Positions 1 to 9,853 of a stretch of 64,000 bases of DNA are shown here, piece after piece. The stretch comes from Pseudomonadota bacterium (GTDB lineage: Bacteria; Bdellovibrionota; Bdellovibrionia; Bdellovibrionales; Bdellovibrionaceae). The stretch is from the NCBI GenBank assembly GCA_041178425.1, contig JBEGVH010000029.1, forward strand, positions 32,001-96,000, read 5' to 3'. The position numbers and the translations under genes were made by a program. The number at the start of each line of letters is the position of its first letter. The first letter of the stretch is position 1. Under the pieces are notes generated by a model. The model did no database searches and had not been told where the DNA came from. It was given only the letters and a program-made list of their open reading frames with translations.

Positions 1-143
1 GTCTCCCCAATGAAGGTTGGAAAAAAATATTCATACGCCAGCCTAGCGACTGGACCAAGGGTTGTGTCGCTGTCAAAGACCGCGAGATCGAAGAAATTTG
101 GGACATGGTTAAACCAGGAACGCCGATTGATCTTTGCCCATGA
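1..143 (+). CDS. L,D-transpeptidase (YkuD) family protein, C-terminal fragment cut by window edge
   Basis: Manual translation from nt 3: LPNEGWKKIFIRQPSDWTKGCVAVKDREIEEIWDMVKPGTPIDLCP*. Catalytic DWTxGC motif; clear paralog of 41101..41691. Confidence 0.85.
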   Translation, partial: LPNEGWKKIFIRQPSDWTKGCVAVKDREIEEIWDMVKPGTPIDLCP

Positions 144-146
144 GAC

Positions 147-1793
147 TTAGTAACCTCCAACGGCTCCCTCTCCTCGGGAGTCATAAGCCGCTTCAAGCTC
201 GCCTCCGGGTTGGCGTTTAATACCGTAAACCTTTGCGATGCCACCAAGATAATCAACTTGATGTCCTTTTTCTTTAAGACCTTTAACGGTCTCGGGAGTG
301 AACCGATTTTTTTCAACCATGAGTCGATGAGGCCGAAACTGATGATGAACCCTTGGCGCTTGGATAGCCTGATCCATGTTGAGCCCGCTGACGAGCACGC
401 GATAGAGCGTCTGAAAAACACCCGAAATAATACGCGGACCTCCTGGGGCACCAAGAGCTAACACCGTTTCTCCTTCTTTTTCGACGATCGTCGGACTCAT
501 CGAACTTAAAGGGCGTTTACCGGGCTCAACGAGATTTCCCGAACCTTGAAAAAGACCAAATTGGTTGGCTTCGTTGGTGCGGGTTGTGAAATCATCCATT
601 TCATTATTGAGAGCAATTCCATAATCGGTAGTAACAACTCCAGACCCATAGGTTCCATTGAGTGTTTCAGTGAGGCTCACCGTGTTTCCTAATTTGTCCA
701 TCACAACAAAATGAGTCGTCTCCGTTGATTCTTTAATTTTGAATTCATCGCCTCCAAGTTCTTTTGTTTTGTTGAGGCTGATCGTTTTTGCCATAGAGTC
801 GAGATGTTCGACTCCCAAAAGATGTTCTAGAGGATTTTTATGAAAGTCAGGATCTCCCAATAAAACTCTGCCTCTAAAAGCTCTCGACAGAATTTCTCCG
901 AGCAGATGAAATTCTTCTACGCTATACATAGATTGTTTATCAACGCTCACGCGCTTGGCAATTTCTAGAGCAGATTGAATCACGACTCCGCCACTGCTGG
1001 GAGGCGGCATTAAATATATTGTATGATTTTTAAACTGAGTAACCATCGGACTTAGCCAACGAACTTTGTAGTTGGATAAGTCTTCGAGAGTCATAACTCC
1101 GCCTGCCCTGTTCACAGAGTCGACAATATCTTTCGCCACGGGTCCCCCATAGAAGCCTTGAAGATTTTTATCGCGAAAGGCCAGTAGGGCACGCGACAAA
1201 AACCATTGCTTCAAGATCTCACCTGGTTTGTACATCGATTTATCAACCTTTAGAAAATGCTTTTTTCCACCCTCATCAAATCGATTTTTTTCTTCTTGGG
1301 TGTATTCCACCCATTCGCCCGACACACGAAAACCCTCTTTACTGAACTTAAGGGGTTCTGCAAATAGGGCACGCCATTTTAATTTGCCATATTTTTTATG
1401 AAGCTCCCACAGACCGGCCGGTAAACCCGGCACACCCACGGCTGAGCCGCCAGTGATGGCGGCCTCCTTGGATTTTTGCGAGTAAAATTCTTTATGCGTA
1501 GCTTGTGGCGCCATTTCACGAAAATCCAGAGCCTCCACCTTCTTGTCCATTTTAACAAGGGCAAACCCTCCACCACCAAGAGATGCAAAATAGGGACTTG
1601 TCACAGCCAAAGTTAGTCCCACCGCCACGGCCACATCCACAACGTTTCCACCGGCTCGGGCCACTTGTTGACCCACTTCCACGGCATAGGGAGACGGCGC
1701 AGAGATGAGGATTTCGGTTCCTTTGAAGGGTATGGCCCACGAAAAATGAAACGTAGAAACGATCGTCGCAACTAAAGAGAATCTTTTTATCAT
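147..1793 (-). CDS. ggt: gamma-glutamyltransferase
   Basis: GGNVVDVAVA, SLGGGGF, DFRE, autocleavage site E-T-T-H, LNNEMDDF, PGKRPLSSMSP, GAPGGPRI. Signal peptide from the ATG at 1793 (ORF track extends to 1814). Confidence 0.95.
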   Translation of the reverse strand: MIKRFSLVATIVSTFHFSWAIPFKGTEILISAPSPYAVEVGQQVARAGGNVVDVAVAVGLTLAVTSPYFASLGGGGFALVKMDKKVEALDFREMAPQATHKEFYSQKSKEAAITGGSAVGVPGLPAGLWELHKKYGKLKWRALFAEPLKFSKEGFRVSGEWVEYTQEEKNRFDEGGKKHFLKVDKSMYKPGEILKQWFLSRALLAFRDKNLQGFYGGPVAKDIVDSVNRAGGVMTLEDLSNYKVRWLSPMVTQFKNHTIYLMPPPSSGGVVIQSALEIAKRVSVDKQSMYSVEEFHLLGEILSRAFRGRVLLGDPDFHKNPLEHLLGVEHLDSMAKTISLNKTKELGGDEFKIKESTETTHFVVMDKLGNTVSLTETLNGTYGSGVVTTDYGIALNNEMDDFTTRTNEANQFGLFQGSGNLVEPGKRPLSSMSPTIVEKEGETVLALGAPGGPRIISGVFQTLYRVLVSGLNMDQAIQAPRVHHQFRPHRLMVEKNRFTPETVKGLKEKGHQVDYLGGIAKVYGIKRQPGGELEAAYDSRGEGAVGGY

Positions 1794-2093
1794 GGTAGAG
1801 CACTCCTTTGCCATTAACCTTTCTCATCTTACTGAAGGGTTTCAGAATTGAGTAGAAAAAGCCCTTTTAGCTCGACCCCGACCTTTATCCTCATCGCGCA
1901 TCCCCTAAGGCGTCTCGACCCAGGAGTTCCACTCCGTTCAACAGACTTTGAGAAGAAATGCCCCCTTTGTCGTCGATCGGATGATTAATTTTCTCCTCCT
2001 CTCCATGAGATGCAGCGCGGAAGAGGAATTCCTGTTGAAAGCCAATATCGACAATGCTGTTAATCGCTAACGGATAAATAAGTGGGGGTTAGT

Positions 2094-2900
2094 ATGATAA
2101 AATATTTATTTTCTGCAGTTCTTTTATTCTCTAGTTTTTCGTGGGCATCTAAGTGTGACAACCCACTCATGAAGGATGAAATTTGCTTCAAGATGCGACA
2201 CTTGCGAAGTCAGGTCATGGCTCTCGGTGCCCAACGCGAACTGATGCAAATCAACTACCCTTATTTGGCCATTCTCGGCCAAGAAGTATTAGAATTATCA
2301 AAAACCATCAATCCAACAACGGCGGCCGAAATGGGTCACCCCGAGGGCCTCGAGGGCCTAAAAATGGGATCACAGTCATTGCTTGATCTTGCTAGTGATA
2401 AAGATCCTCTCGCTCTGGCGGCGGCTAACACTCTTCAGAAAAAATGCTCGACTTGCCACTCGCAAACCGGACCAGGTTCAGGCAGTCACAGCTGGGATAA
2501 AATTTTTAAACATGATTGGGATCAGGTGACTAAAAATTGTAATCGCGAAGGTCGGAATCCTTACCTCTGCAAAAGCATGAACGGAATGCTGTCTGCTTTC
2601 GCTTCAGTGATTACTGCGAACAACTTAGACCTCAAAAGTTTTTCTAGCCTCCAAATGAGTGCAGAAGAAATCGCACGCATCGCTGCTGACTTAAAAGCGA
2701 AAGGACTTCTTCATGGCTCAGAAGCAATAATGACCGACGTCCAAGCAAAAGCGCTTCAAACAGCGAGTCTCGCTCTGGCGAATAACCCAGAAGCCTTTGA
2801 AGTGGCCCAGGGAATAACCAAAGGTTGTTTAGAGTGCCACGCGGGGCAACTTATGAGTGCAAACGCGAGCCAAAAGTTGAACTTTAAGTCATTAAGATAG
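2094..2900 (+). CDS. secreted dihaem c-type cytochrome, two tandem class II (four-helix-bundle-like) domains
   Basis: Signal peptide; two CxxCH motifs (CSTCH, CLECH), each closing a ~100-aa helical repeat. Confidence 0.75.
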   Translation: MIKYLFSAVLLFSSFSWASKCDNPLMKDEICFKMRHLRSQVMALGAQRELMQINYPYLAILGQEVLELSKTINPTTAAEMGHPEGLEGLKMGSQSLLDLASDKDPLALAAANTLQKKCSTCHSQTGPGSGSHSWDKIFKHDWDQVTKNCNREGRNPYLCKSMNGMLSAFASVITANNLDLKSFSSLQMSAEEIARIAADLKAKGLLHGSEAIMTDVQAKALQTASLALANNPEAFEVAQGITKGCLECHAGQLMSANASQKLNFKSLR

Positions 2901-2958
2901 TCTGATCTCTTTTTTAAGAGCAAAGATAGGGCCGCAAAATCATTGTAGGCCTTATCTT

Positions 2959-4191
2959 TTACTTAACAGACAATCCATCTTTCAGAGCCGTCCGATAAAC
3001 TTTCCACGCAGGAACAAAACCCATCATACAACCCAAAACGGCCACACCCAACAAAGACATCCAGTCTGATCCGATGGATCCTCCCGATTCAAGGAATAAG
3101 CCATATTTTTCTTTAACCCAATCTTGGGCCACAAAAATAATTAGAATTTGCAAAAGTAATCCAAGGGCTAAAGATAAAAAAGTAATCAGCGAGGATTCGA
3201 GCACAAGCAGACTGGCCAATTGAAAAGGGCTTCCTCCGAGGGCTCTTAAAATTGCCATCTCTCTACGACGCTCATTTAGAGTTGCCATTAAAATACTGAC
3301 CATCGACAGCAAGCTAACACCAAGAATACAAAAACCCAACAAACGCAGAGCCTTTTCAACGTAAGAGAGCGTTTGCCAGAGCTCGTTCACCACCACCGAT
3401 GGAATCACGGCCGATAATGGCTCCGTTTTAAAGTTATTGATTTCTCTTTGAAGATTAAGCACATCTATTCGATTTTTTAATTTAAGAAAAAAGGCCGTCA
3501 ATTCGTGATCATGGGCATGATGATGATCACCCTCTTCCTCCTCCTTACTCTCTTCATGAAGAGTTTCTAAACTCTCTAAACTGACAAAAAGGGATTGATC
3601 GATGATAGTGCCAGTTGGCCTCAATAAACCGACCACTTTAAAAGGGTGATCATCATGATGAAGCATCCCAACGTCACGAGTTACACCATGATCGATTATC
3701 ACTTTTTGACCTAAACGATAACCGAGAGTGCGAGCCACTTCGGAGCCAATCGTCACTTCGAGAAGGCCTGTCCCCCAAGCCCCTTCCATCATTTCAAGTC
3801 CGAGTTGCCCCTGGTAATGATAGTGACGAAAAAAATCTTCGCTCGTTCCCACAACTCGAAATCCACGATGACCGTCGCCCAGAGAAAGGGGTATCGTCCA
3901 TTCCACTGAAGGATGATTTTTCCAATGGTCAAAAGTGGATTCTTTTATATTATTGGCAAATGTGCCTCGATTGAACACCGTCGCAAGAATTAAATTCGTT
4001 GGTCCCGTTCTTGCCCCAACAATAAGATCAGTCTGACTGATCGTTTGCGTAAATCCTTTTTCGGTGGCGAGCCTCACCTTCTCAACACTAAGAATCAAAA
4101 ATAAACTGAGCGACAAAGACAAGACCGTAAGACCCACCGTTTGTTTTCGATGGGCCAAGGACTTAAAAGCAAGAGAAAGGAATGTCTTCAT
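2959..4191 (-). CDS. ABC transporter permease, MacB/FtsX family, with His/Glu-rich periplasmic loop
   Basis: N-terminal TM, large periplasmic domain, ERRREMAILRALG motif, three C-terminal TMs; EEEEGDHHHAHDHE segment. Confidence 0.9.
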   Translation of the reverse strand: MKTFLSLAFKSLAHRKQTVGLTVLSLSLSLFLILSVEKVRLATEKGFTQTISQTDLIVGARTGPTNLILATVFNRGTFANNIKESTFDHWKNHPSVEWTIPLSLGDGHRGFRVVGTSEDFFRHYHYQGQLGLEMMEGAWGTGLLEVTIGSEVARTLGYRLGQKVIIDHGVTRDVGMLHHDDHPFKVVGLLRPTGTIIDQSLFVSLESLETLHEESKEEEEGDHHHAHDHELTAFFLKLKNRIDVLNLQREINNFKTEPLSAVIPSVVVNELWQTLSYVEKALRLLGFCILGVSLLSMVSILMATLNERRREMAILRALGGSPFQLASLLVLESSLITFLSLALGLLLQILIIFVAQDWVKEKYGLFLESGGSIGSDWMSLLGVAVLGCMMGFVPAWKVYRTALKDGLSVK

Positions 4192-4874
4192 TTTACTACT
4201 CCAGAAAGGTCGCGATTAAGTTCCGAAAAAGGAATGCAACGGTCAAAAAGCGGCTCGAGGCTTCTATCATGCGAAACAAAAATGACCGTTGTTCCAACCT
4301 CTTTAGCTAATTCAAACAGGAGCTGCAGAAAGCTCTCGCGATTCTCGGAATCGAGAGACGAGGTCGGCTCATCAGCCAGAAGAATTGCGGGTTTACCAAG
4401 GAGTGCTCGCGCTACTGCAACCCTCTGTTGCTGACCCACACTCAGATTTTGAACCGATCGATCGATCAAATCCACGAGTCCCAAACGCTCAATGAGGCGC
4501 TTTTGCCATCCTTGAAAATTTTTGATGGTCTTTCCCGTGAGGTGGATCGGAAGTTCTATATTTTCTATGACCGTTAAATAAGGAAGTAGGTTAAAAGTCT
4601 GAAAAACATAGCCTATGTTTTGTGCACGGAACTGATCTCGCTGGGAGTTTGATAAACCGAGTAAATCAACACCGGCCACCTTCAAAAATCCCTTTTGGGG
4701 TTCCAAAACCCCACTTAGAACTTCGAGTAATGTGGTTTTACCAGAGCCACTAGGCCCGTAAATAAAAACCTTTTGCCCCGGTAGCACTTTAAGCTCCGAG
4801 ATGGACAAGGCCGGGGACAGACCCCCAGAATACGTAAACTCCAAATTCTTGATTTCAATAGTATTGTCAGCCAC
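4188..4874 (-). CDS. ABC transporter ATP-binding protein (LolD/MacB-like)
   Basis: Walker A GPSGSGKTT, signature LSVGQQQRV, Walker B ILLADEPT, SHD; overlaps the permease start. Confidence 0.95.
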   Translation of the reverse strand: MADNTIEIKNLEFTYSGGLSPALSISELKVLPGQKVFIYGPSGSGKTTLLEVLSGVLEPQKGFLKVAGVDLLGLSNSQRDQFRAQNIGYVFQTFNLLPYLTVIENIELPIHLTGKTIKNFQGWQKRLIERLGLVDLIDRSVQNLSVGQQQRVAVARALLGKPAILLADEPTSSLDSENRESFLQLLFELAKEVGTTVIFVSHDRSLEPLFDRCIPFSELNRDLSGVVK

Positions 4875-5024
4875 CCTTAAAACCCTCCTTTTTTAAATTA
4901 CGTCCAACCCAATGATATTTCTAGTCAAAACCTCATGAATGCGATAGAAATCAGGATCTTATATTTTACCGTTGACACTCGGAGGCAATCGAGTTCATTT
5001 GGTACCTATTCGGAGGCTAATTTC

Positions 5025-5414
5025 ATGGTTACTTTTCTCACTGTGTTGCACGTTATTATTACTGTTTCTTTGATTTTCCTCGTTTTGATTCAAGATTCAA
5101 AAGGCGGCGGAATGGGTGCTTTTGGTGGCGGCGGGAATTCTAATTCCGTGCTTGGTGCAACAGGAGCAACAACATTAGCGGCTAAATTAACTCAATGGTT
5201 TGCGGTCGCTTTTGCTGTCAGCTGTATTGCCCTGGCGATGTCAACAACCAGAGGCAAAAAGTCAGTCGTCGACGATATGGCACCAGTACCACCACCTCCG
5301 ACAATGGCGGCGGGAGTGGCAGCAACAGCAACACCATCTCCAACCAGCTCACCAACTCCCGAAGCTCCTGCTGCGGGCACGACCTCGGAACAGAACTCGA
5401 CTCAACAAAAATAG
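5025..5414 (+). CDS. secG: preprotein translocase subunit SecG with Pro/Ala/Thr-rich C-terminal tail
   Basis: VLIQDSKGGGMGAFGGGG loop between two TMs; GGAGG RBS before the ATG at 5025. Confidence 0.92.
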   Translation: MVTFLTVLHVIITVSLIFLVLIQDSKGGGMGAFGGGGNSNSVLGATGATTLAAKLTQWFAVAFAVSCIALAMSTTRGKKSVVDDMAPVPPPPTMAAGVAATATPSPTSSPTPEAPAAGTTSEQNSTQQK

Positions 5415-5455
5415 GGCTCGTGACATTAACGTAAAAGCCGGCTCATAATGAGGAC

Positions 5456-6364
5456 ATGGGTGAAAATCAGTCCTCAAAAACATGGTTCTTTGTGTTATCC
5501 GGCTTAGCGGTCTTTTGTCTTGGTTTTTTCTGGCCATCCCTCTTCACTTCATTGAAGCCGGCCTCTCCTCTTGCCATTGTTGTTTCATCCAAAGGAACAA
5601 CCGAATGGATTTCTCGACAAAGCATTCAAAAGGCAAAACCAAAAAAATCATTGAGCCTCTCACTGAATGAATCCCTTGCTACGGGCACTGACGGAGAACT
5701 GATTGTACGCTTTAAAAAAGGGGCCGAGATTAAATTACTCCCAAGCACCTTTATCACCCTCATAAAAAAAGCCAATGCCACACTGATAGCCATTCGCCGC
5801 GGCAGCCTCGAAGTGATCAAAGAGGGTGAGGCCGGATCCATTTTTGTTGCTCAGAACGGACGAGATCATACCATGAGAGATTATCAGCCACAGCAAATTG
5901 AGGAATCACTTGAAATCGACTCTCAATCGCTCAGTGCCAATAGAGCGGTCGATACTACAGACAGCGATAGTGCGGAATCAGCGATTCCAAAAGAAACTGC
6001 TTCTAAAATCCAATCAGAATCTTTAATGGGGTCTATCGAGAAGGCTAATAAAGACGCTCAACATCAAGTGCGAAAAATGATCGCTGATCGCATTGGCGCC
6101 AAGAAAAATCATCTTTTTCGATGCTACTCCAACCTCATTCAAAAACAGAAAAAAGCGCACGGCAGGCTCGATGTTCACTTTGTTGTAAACAATCAAGGTA
6201 AGATCAAGGATCCGACGATCATCAACGCCGAGATCAAGGACCCCAAATTTCAAAAATGTCTCGTTCAAATTATACAAAGAACTGAATTTCAACCCTTCGA
6301 AGGTCAATCAGTATCGACACTTCTTCCTTTACGCTTTGAAAAGAATTTGAATACTGTTCAATAA
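5456..6364 (+). CDS. membrane-anchored protein, FecR-like domain plus AgmX/PglI (TonB-C-like) C-terminal domain
   Basis: N-terminal TM; LATGTDG...F..GAEIKL FecR-like strands; C-terminal CY...GRLDVHF.V...G.I...KC...F pattern. Confidence 0.7.
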   Translation: MGENQSSKTWFFVLSGLAVFCLGFFWPSLFTSLKPASPLAIVVSSKGTTEWISRQSIQKAKPKKSLSLSLNESLATGTDGELIVRFKKGAEIKLLPSTFITLIKKANATLIAIRRGSLEVIKEGEAGSIFVAQNGRDHTMRDYQPQQIEESLEIDSQSLSANRAVDTTDSDSAESAIPKETASKIQSESLMGSIEKANKDAQHQVRKMIADRIGAKKNHLFRCYSNLIQKQKKAHGRLDVHFVVNNQGKIKDPTIINAEIKDPKFQKCLVQIIQRTEFQPFEGQSVSTLLPLRFEKNLNTVQ

Positions 6365-6386
6365 CGATTTAAAGTCCGACGCCAAG

Positions 6387-7079
6387 ATGTCGTCGATAAA
6401 TCCGTACTATACATTCAACTACTCCCAACCAGAAGAATATCGATTTTCTCATGACTCTGTTTTTTTAGCGCGACAAGTTTTTGAACTTTTTAATCGAGAG
6501 CAAATCAACAATTTGCGAATCTTGGATCTTTGTGCTGGATGTGGGATTATTGGCTTAGACTTTCTCTTTCATGCCAAAAAGGAATTAGACGCTTATCCAA
6601 TCAGCGTTGATTTTTTGGAAATCCAAGAAGTCTACCAATCTCACTTCGACGCCAACCGCGCCCATCTGGACCAATCACCTACAAAGATTCGCTTTATCCA
6701 ATCCAATTACGATGCGCTCCTTCAACCGCCCTACGAAGCACACTACAACCTGATTCTCTGTAATCCACCGTATTTTTTTCCAGACAAAGGACGCCCTTCC
6801 CCTTCGCCCTTCAAAAATCGTTGTCGATTCTATATCGATTCGGATTTTGAACATTTAATAAAGGGAATCACCCATTGTCTTGCAACGCCCGGACAAGCTT
6901 ATGTTCTTTTAAGAGATCTACCTCAGCACGGATGGAACCCCCTCAACGAAGCAAAAAAAATCGTTAAGGATTGTTGTGAAATTCAACTGCTCGGCGACAT
7001 TCGCGGAACACATTTGATTAAACTATCGAAAACGAGCGCCTGGGATCAAAGTGCACTATCACGGAGTCGTAATTGTTGA
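6387..7079 (+). CDS. SAM-dependent methyltransferase, tRNA m6A37 (TrmN6/YfiC)-like
   Basis: QPEEYRFSHDSVFLA, LDLCAGCGIIG (motif I), CNPPYF (motif IV). Confidence 0.8.
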   Translation: MSSINPYYTFNYSQPEEYRFSHDSVFLARQVFELFNREQINNLRILDLCAGCGIIGLDFLFHAKKELDAYPISVDFLEIQEVYQSHFDANRAHLDQSPTKIRFIQSNYDALLQPPYEAHYNLILCNPPYFFPDKGRPSPSPFKNRCRFYIDSDFEHLIKGITHCLATPGQAYVLLRDLPQHGWNPLNEAKKIVKDCCEIQLLGDIRGTHLIKLSKTSAWDQSALSRSRNC

Positions 7080-7156
7080 GGGATCTCATTTTGAATCTTT
7101 AAATGGCTTATGGAAAAGTTCTCCCAGAGTTCAACAAAAAGGGGAGAAACACCAAC

Positions 7157-7420
7157 ATGGACATCTGTGAAGTTTGCGGAAACCAATATGAAAAACCAAT
7201 CGAAATTAAGATGGCTAATGAATCCATCACTCATCACTTTGATAGCTTCGAGTGTGCCATTCATCAATTAGCTCCACGGTGTCAAGCCTGCGGCGTGCGA
7301 GTTTTGGGTCACGGTGTAGAGGTGGCAAACTCCATTTTTTGTGGCGCTCATTGTGCCCGGCTCAAGGGTTACTCTCACCTCGTCGATCACGTTGATGTAG
7401 AGTTAGCTCTCGGTAACTGA
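7157..7420 (+). CDS. small Cys/His-rich metal-binding protein (often annotated prokaryotic metallothionein-like)
   Basis: CEVCGNxY...FDSFECAIH.LAP.C..CG.RV.GHGVE.....C.AHCA; GGGGAG RBS before the ATG at 7157. Confidence 0.8.
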   Translation: MDICEVCGNQYEKPIEIKMANESITHHFDSFECAIHQLAPRCQACGVRVLGHGVEVANSIFCGAHCARLKGYSHLVDHVDVELALGN

Positions 7421-7439
7421 GTTCGGTTGGAGGGACAAC

Positions 7440-8774
7440 ATGCAGCTCTTCAAAAACAGATTAGAGGCAGGAAAAATCCTTGCGCAACGATTAGGAAGTC
7501 AAACATGGGACAACACTTGCGTCCTCGGGCTACCACGCGGGGGAGTGCCTGTCGCCATCGAAGTATCAAAACATCTTAGTCTCCCAATGGACGTTCTTAT
7601 CGTTAGTAAAATTGGAGCCCCCTTTCACCCCGAATATGCAATTGGGGCAATCGCCGAGGACGAAAAACCACTTTGGAATAGCGAAGCCCTCGATACGCTT
7701 TCAATACCCAAGGAAACGAGAGACAACCTGGTAGAAAAACTGCGCGAAAAAATAAGAAAGCGCATCCTTCTCTGGCGTCCACAGCCCCGATTTGAGATTC
7801 GAGGAAAAACGATCATTCTGGTTGATGACGGCCTAGCTACAGGGCTTACAATGAAGGCTGCGATTCATTATCTACGACAACATCATGTGGCATCGATTGT
7901 CGTCGCTGTTCCGGTGGCACCACTGTCATCAAAACTCGATTTCCAAAATCAATGCGACCAATTCATCGCTCTTAAGTGGCCGAGTTCCTTTTCGGCCGTC
8001 GGTGAATGGTACGAAGATTTTTCTCAAGTTGAAGACGATACCGTCACGGAACTACTAAAAAGCTATACACCGAACTCGCCAAAAGAACGTTCAATAGAGA
8101 TTCCAACTTCTCAGGGAGATCTCCACGGCATCATGAGAGTGCCACACTCGGCGCAAGGACTCATTCTTTTTGCTCATGGCAGTGGAAGTTCCCATAGGAG
8201 TCCAAGAAATCATAAAGTTGCACACGAACTAAATAAGATTGGTTTTGCCACCCTCCTATTTGACCTCCTCACGCCGGTGGAGGAAAACGAACGGAGCAAT
8301 GTCTTTAATATTGAACTTCTGAGTGACCGGCTACGCATCGCCACCGATTGGGCGAGACAACAGCCTGATCTTACCCATCTTCCGATTGCTTATTTTGGTG
8401 CTAGCACTGGCGCTGCTGCGGCGATTGTCGCTGCATCAAAAGACAAAGATGTTTTTACCGTCGTCAGTCGAGGGGGACGGCCCGATTTAGCAATCAGATA
8501 TTTAAACGACATTCAATGCCCAATCCTTCTTATCGTCGGAGGAAAAGACTCTGATGTGCTTAAACTTAACCGCGAAGCCAAGCTTCAACTGAGAAACTCC
8601 TCGATTGTTGTGATTCCCGGGGCCGGACACCTTTTTGAGGAACCAAATGCTCTCGATCATGTGACTCAGCAAGCATCCAACTGGTTTTTGAAGATTGTGC
8701 GTCAAAAAAACAGAATCATTTTTCAAAACAAGACTCCTCGCGAAGCTCAGGCGCCCGCTACGCGTTCACAATAA
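7440..8774 (+). CDS. phosphoribosyltransferase / dienelactone-hydrolase-like alpha/beta-hydrolase fusion
   Basis: GLPRGGVPVA and ILVDDGLATG (PRPP loop); FAHGSGSS, YFGASTG nucleophile elbow, GHLFEE. Confidence 0.9.
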   Translation: MQLFKNRLEAGKILAQRLGSQTWDNTCVLGLPRGGVPVAIEVSKHLSLPMDVLIVSKIGAPFHPEYAIGAIAEDEKPLWNSEALDTLSIPKETRDNLVEKLREKIRKRILLWRPQPRFEIRGKTIILVDDGLATGLTMKAAIHYLRQHHVASIVVAVPVAPLSSKLDFQNQCDQFIALKWPSSFSAVGEWYEDFSQVEDDTVTELLKSYTPNSPKERSIEIPTSQGDLHGIMRVPHSAQGLILFAHGSGSSHRSPRNHKVAHELNKIGFATLLFDLLTPVEENERSNVFNIELLSDRLRIATDWARQQPDLTHLPIAYFGASTGAAAAIVAASKDKDVFTVVSRGGRPDLAIRYLNDIQCPILLIVGGKDSDVLKLNREAKLQLRNSSIVVIPGAGHLFEEPNALDHVTQQASNWFLKIVRQKNRIIFQNKTPREAQAPATRSQ

Positions 8775-8854
8775 CTAATTTGGGTTTGACATTGACCTCA
8801 ATCAACTCCGTTCCTAACATGAATCTATCACCATTGTTTTTTGGAGATTCACGG

Positions 8855-9853
8855 ATGGATCGCAATGTCTTCAAACAATTACTCATCGCTTTTTGTGGCG
8901 TTCTACTCATTGGGACTCTTGGCTATAAAATCGTTGAAGATTGGTCGCTGATTGATTCTTTTTTTATGACGGTCATCACCATTACGACCGTTGGGTATCG
9001 CGAAATTGGCGGCGAACTCAGTACACCAGGAAAGATTTTTACGATCTTTCTCATTTTTGCTGGCTTTGGAGTTGCGGCCCTTGCCCTTTCTCATTTTACC
9101 TCATCTATTTTACGCGGAGAACTGAACAATATTGTAGGGAGACTTCGAATGCGAAAAGAAATCGAATCAATGAAGGGTCATTACATCATTGGAGGCTTTG
9201 GCAGAACGGGGCAAGTCATTGCCAATAATTTTAAAGTAAAAAAAATTCCCTACGTTGTTATCGATAACGATGATAAAAGTCTTAGAACTCTCGATGAGGC
9301 TCATATACCCTATGTGATAGGCGATGCAGGAGATGAAGAGGTTCTAAAAAAAGCAGGCATCGACCGCGCCAAAGGTTTTGTAGCTGTGGTTTCATCGGAT
9401 GCAAACAATGCCTTTGCCATCATGACGGCACGAACTCTCAATACAAATTTAAACATCATTGCCAGAGCACTCGATATTCACAGTGTAAAAAAACTCAAAA
9501 TGGCAGGGGCTAATAAAGTTATTGCGCCCTATCAGTTGGGTGGATCAAGAATTGCTCAGGCTGTTGCGCACCCCCACTCCTCAGACTTTATTGATATCAT
9601 TGAAAACGTAGAAGCCCAGCACATTGAAATGGCCGATCTGCCCGTCTTACAAATGGGACCCTTTGCCGGAAAAACGGTCGGTGATCCCTTTTTTCATCGT
9701 TATGATATTATTGTGATTGGCATAAAAAAGAATGATGGAACCTTTGTGTTTCATCCAAAACCAGAACATTCACTGAAGCCCCATGATCATCTGATCGTCA
9801 TGGGGCCCACACGCAGTATCGAGGAACTCTTCTCAATGGCGCAAGCCACTTAG
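8855..9853 (+). CDS. 2-TM potassium-channel-family protein with RCK (TrkA-N/TrkA-C) domains
   Basis: TITTVGYRE pore segment, GFGRTG Rossmann motif, TrkA-C tail. Start taken at MDRN after a GGAG RBS. Confidence 0.88.
   Translation: MDRNVFKQLLIAFCGVLLIGTLGYKIVEDWSLIDSFFMTVITITTVGYREIGGELSTPGKIFTIFLIFAGFGVAALALSHFTSSILRGELNNIVGRLRMRKEIESMKGHYIIGGFGRTGQVIANNFKVKKIPYVVIDNDDKSLRTLDEAHIPYVIGDAGDEEVLKKAGIDRAKGFVAVVSSDANNAFAIMTARTLNTNLNIIARALDIHSVKKLKMAGANKVIAPYQLGGSRIAQAVAHPHSSDFIDIIENVEAQHIEMADLPVLQMGPFAGKTVGDPFFHRYDIIVIGIKKNDGTFVFHPKPEHSLKPHDHLIVMGPTRSIEELFSMAQAT

Noticed and set aside
5280..5414. Pro/Ala/Thr-rich SecG tail as a fused domain
   Set aside because: Low-complexity tails are common on SecG and no domain signal is visible.
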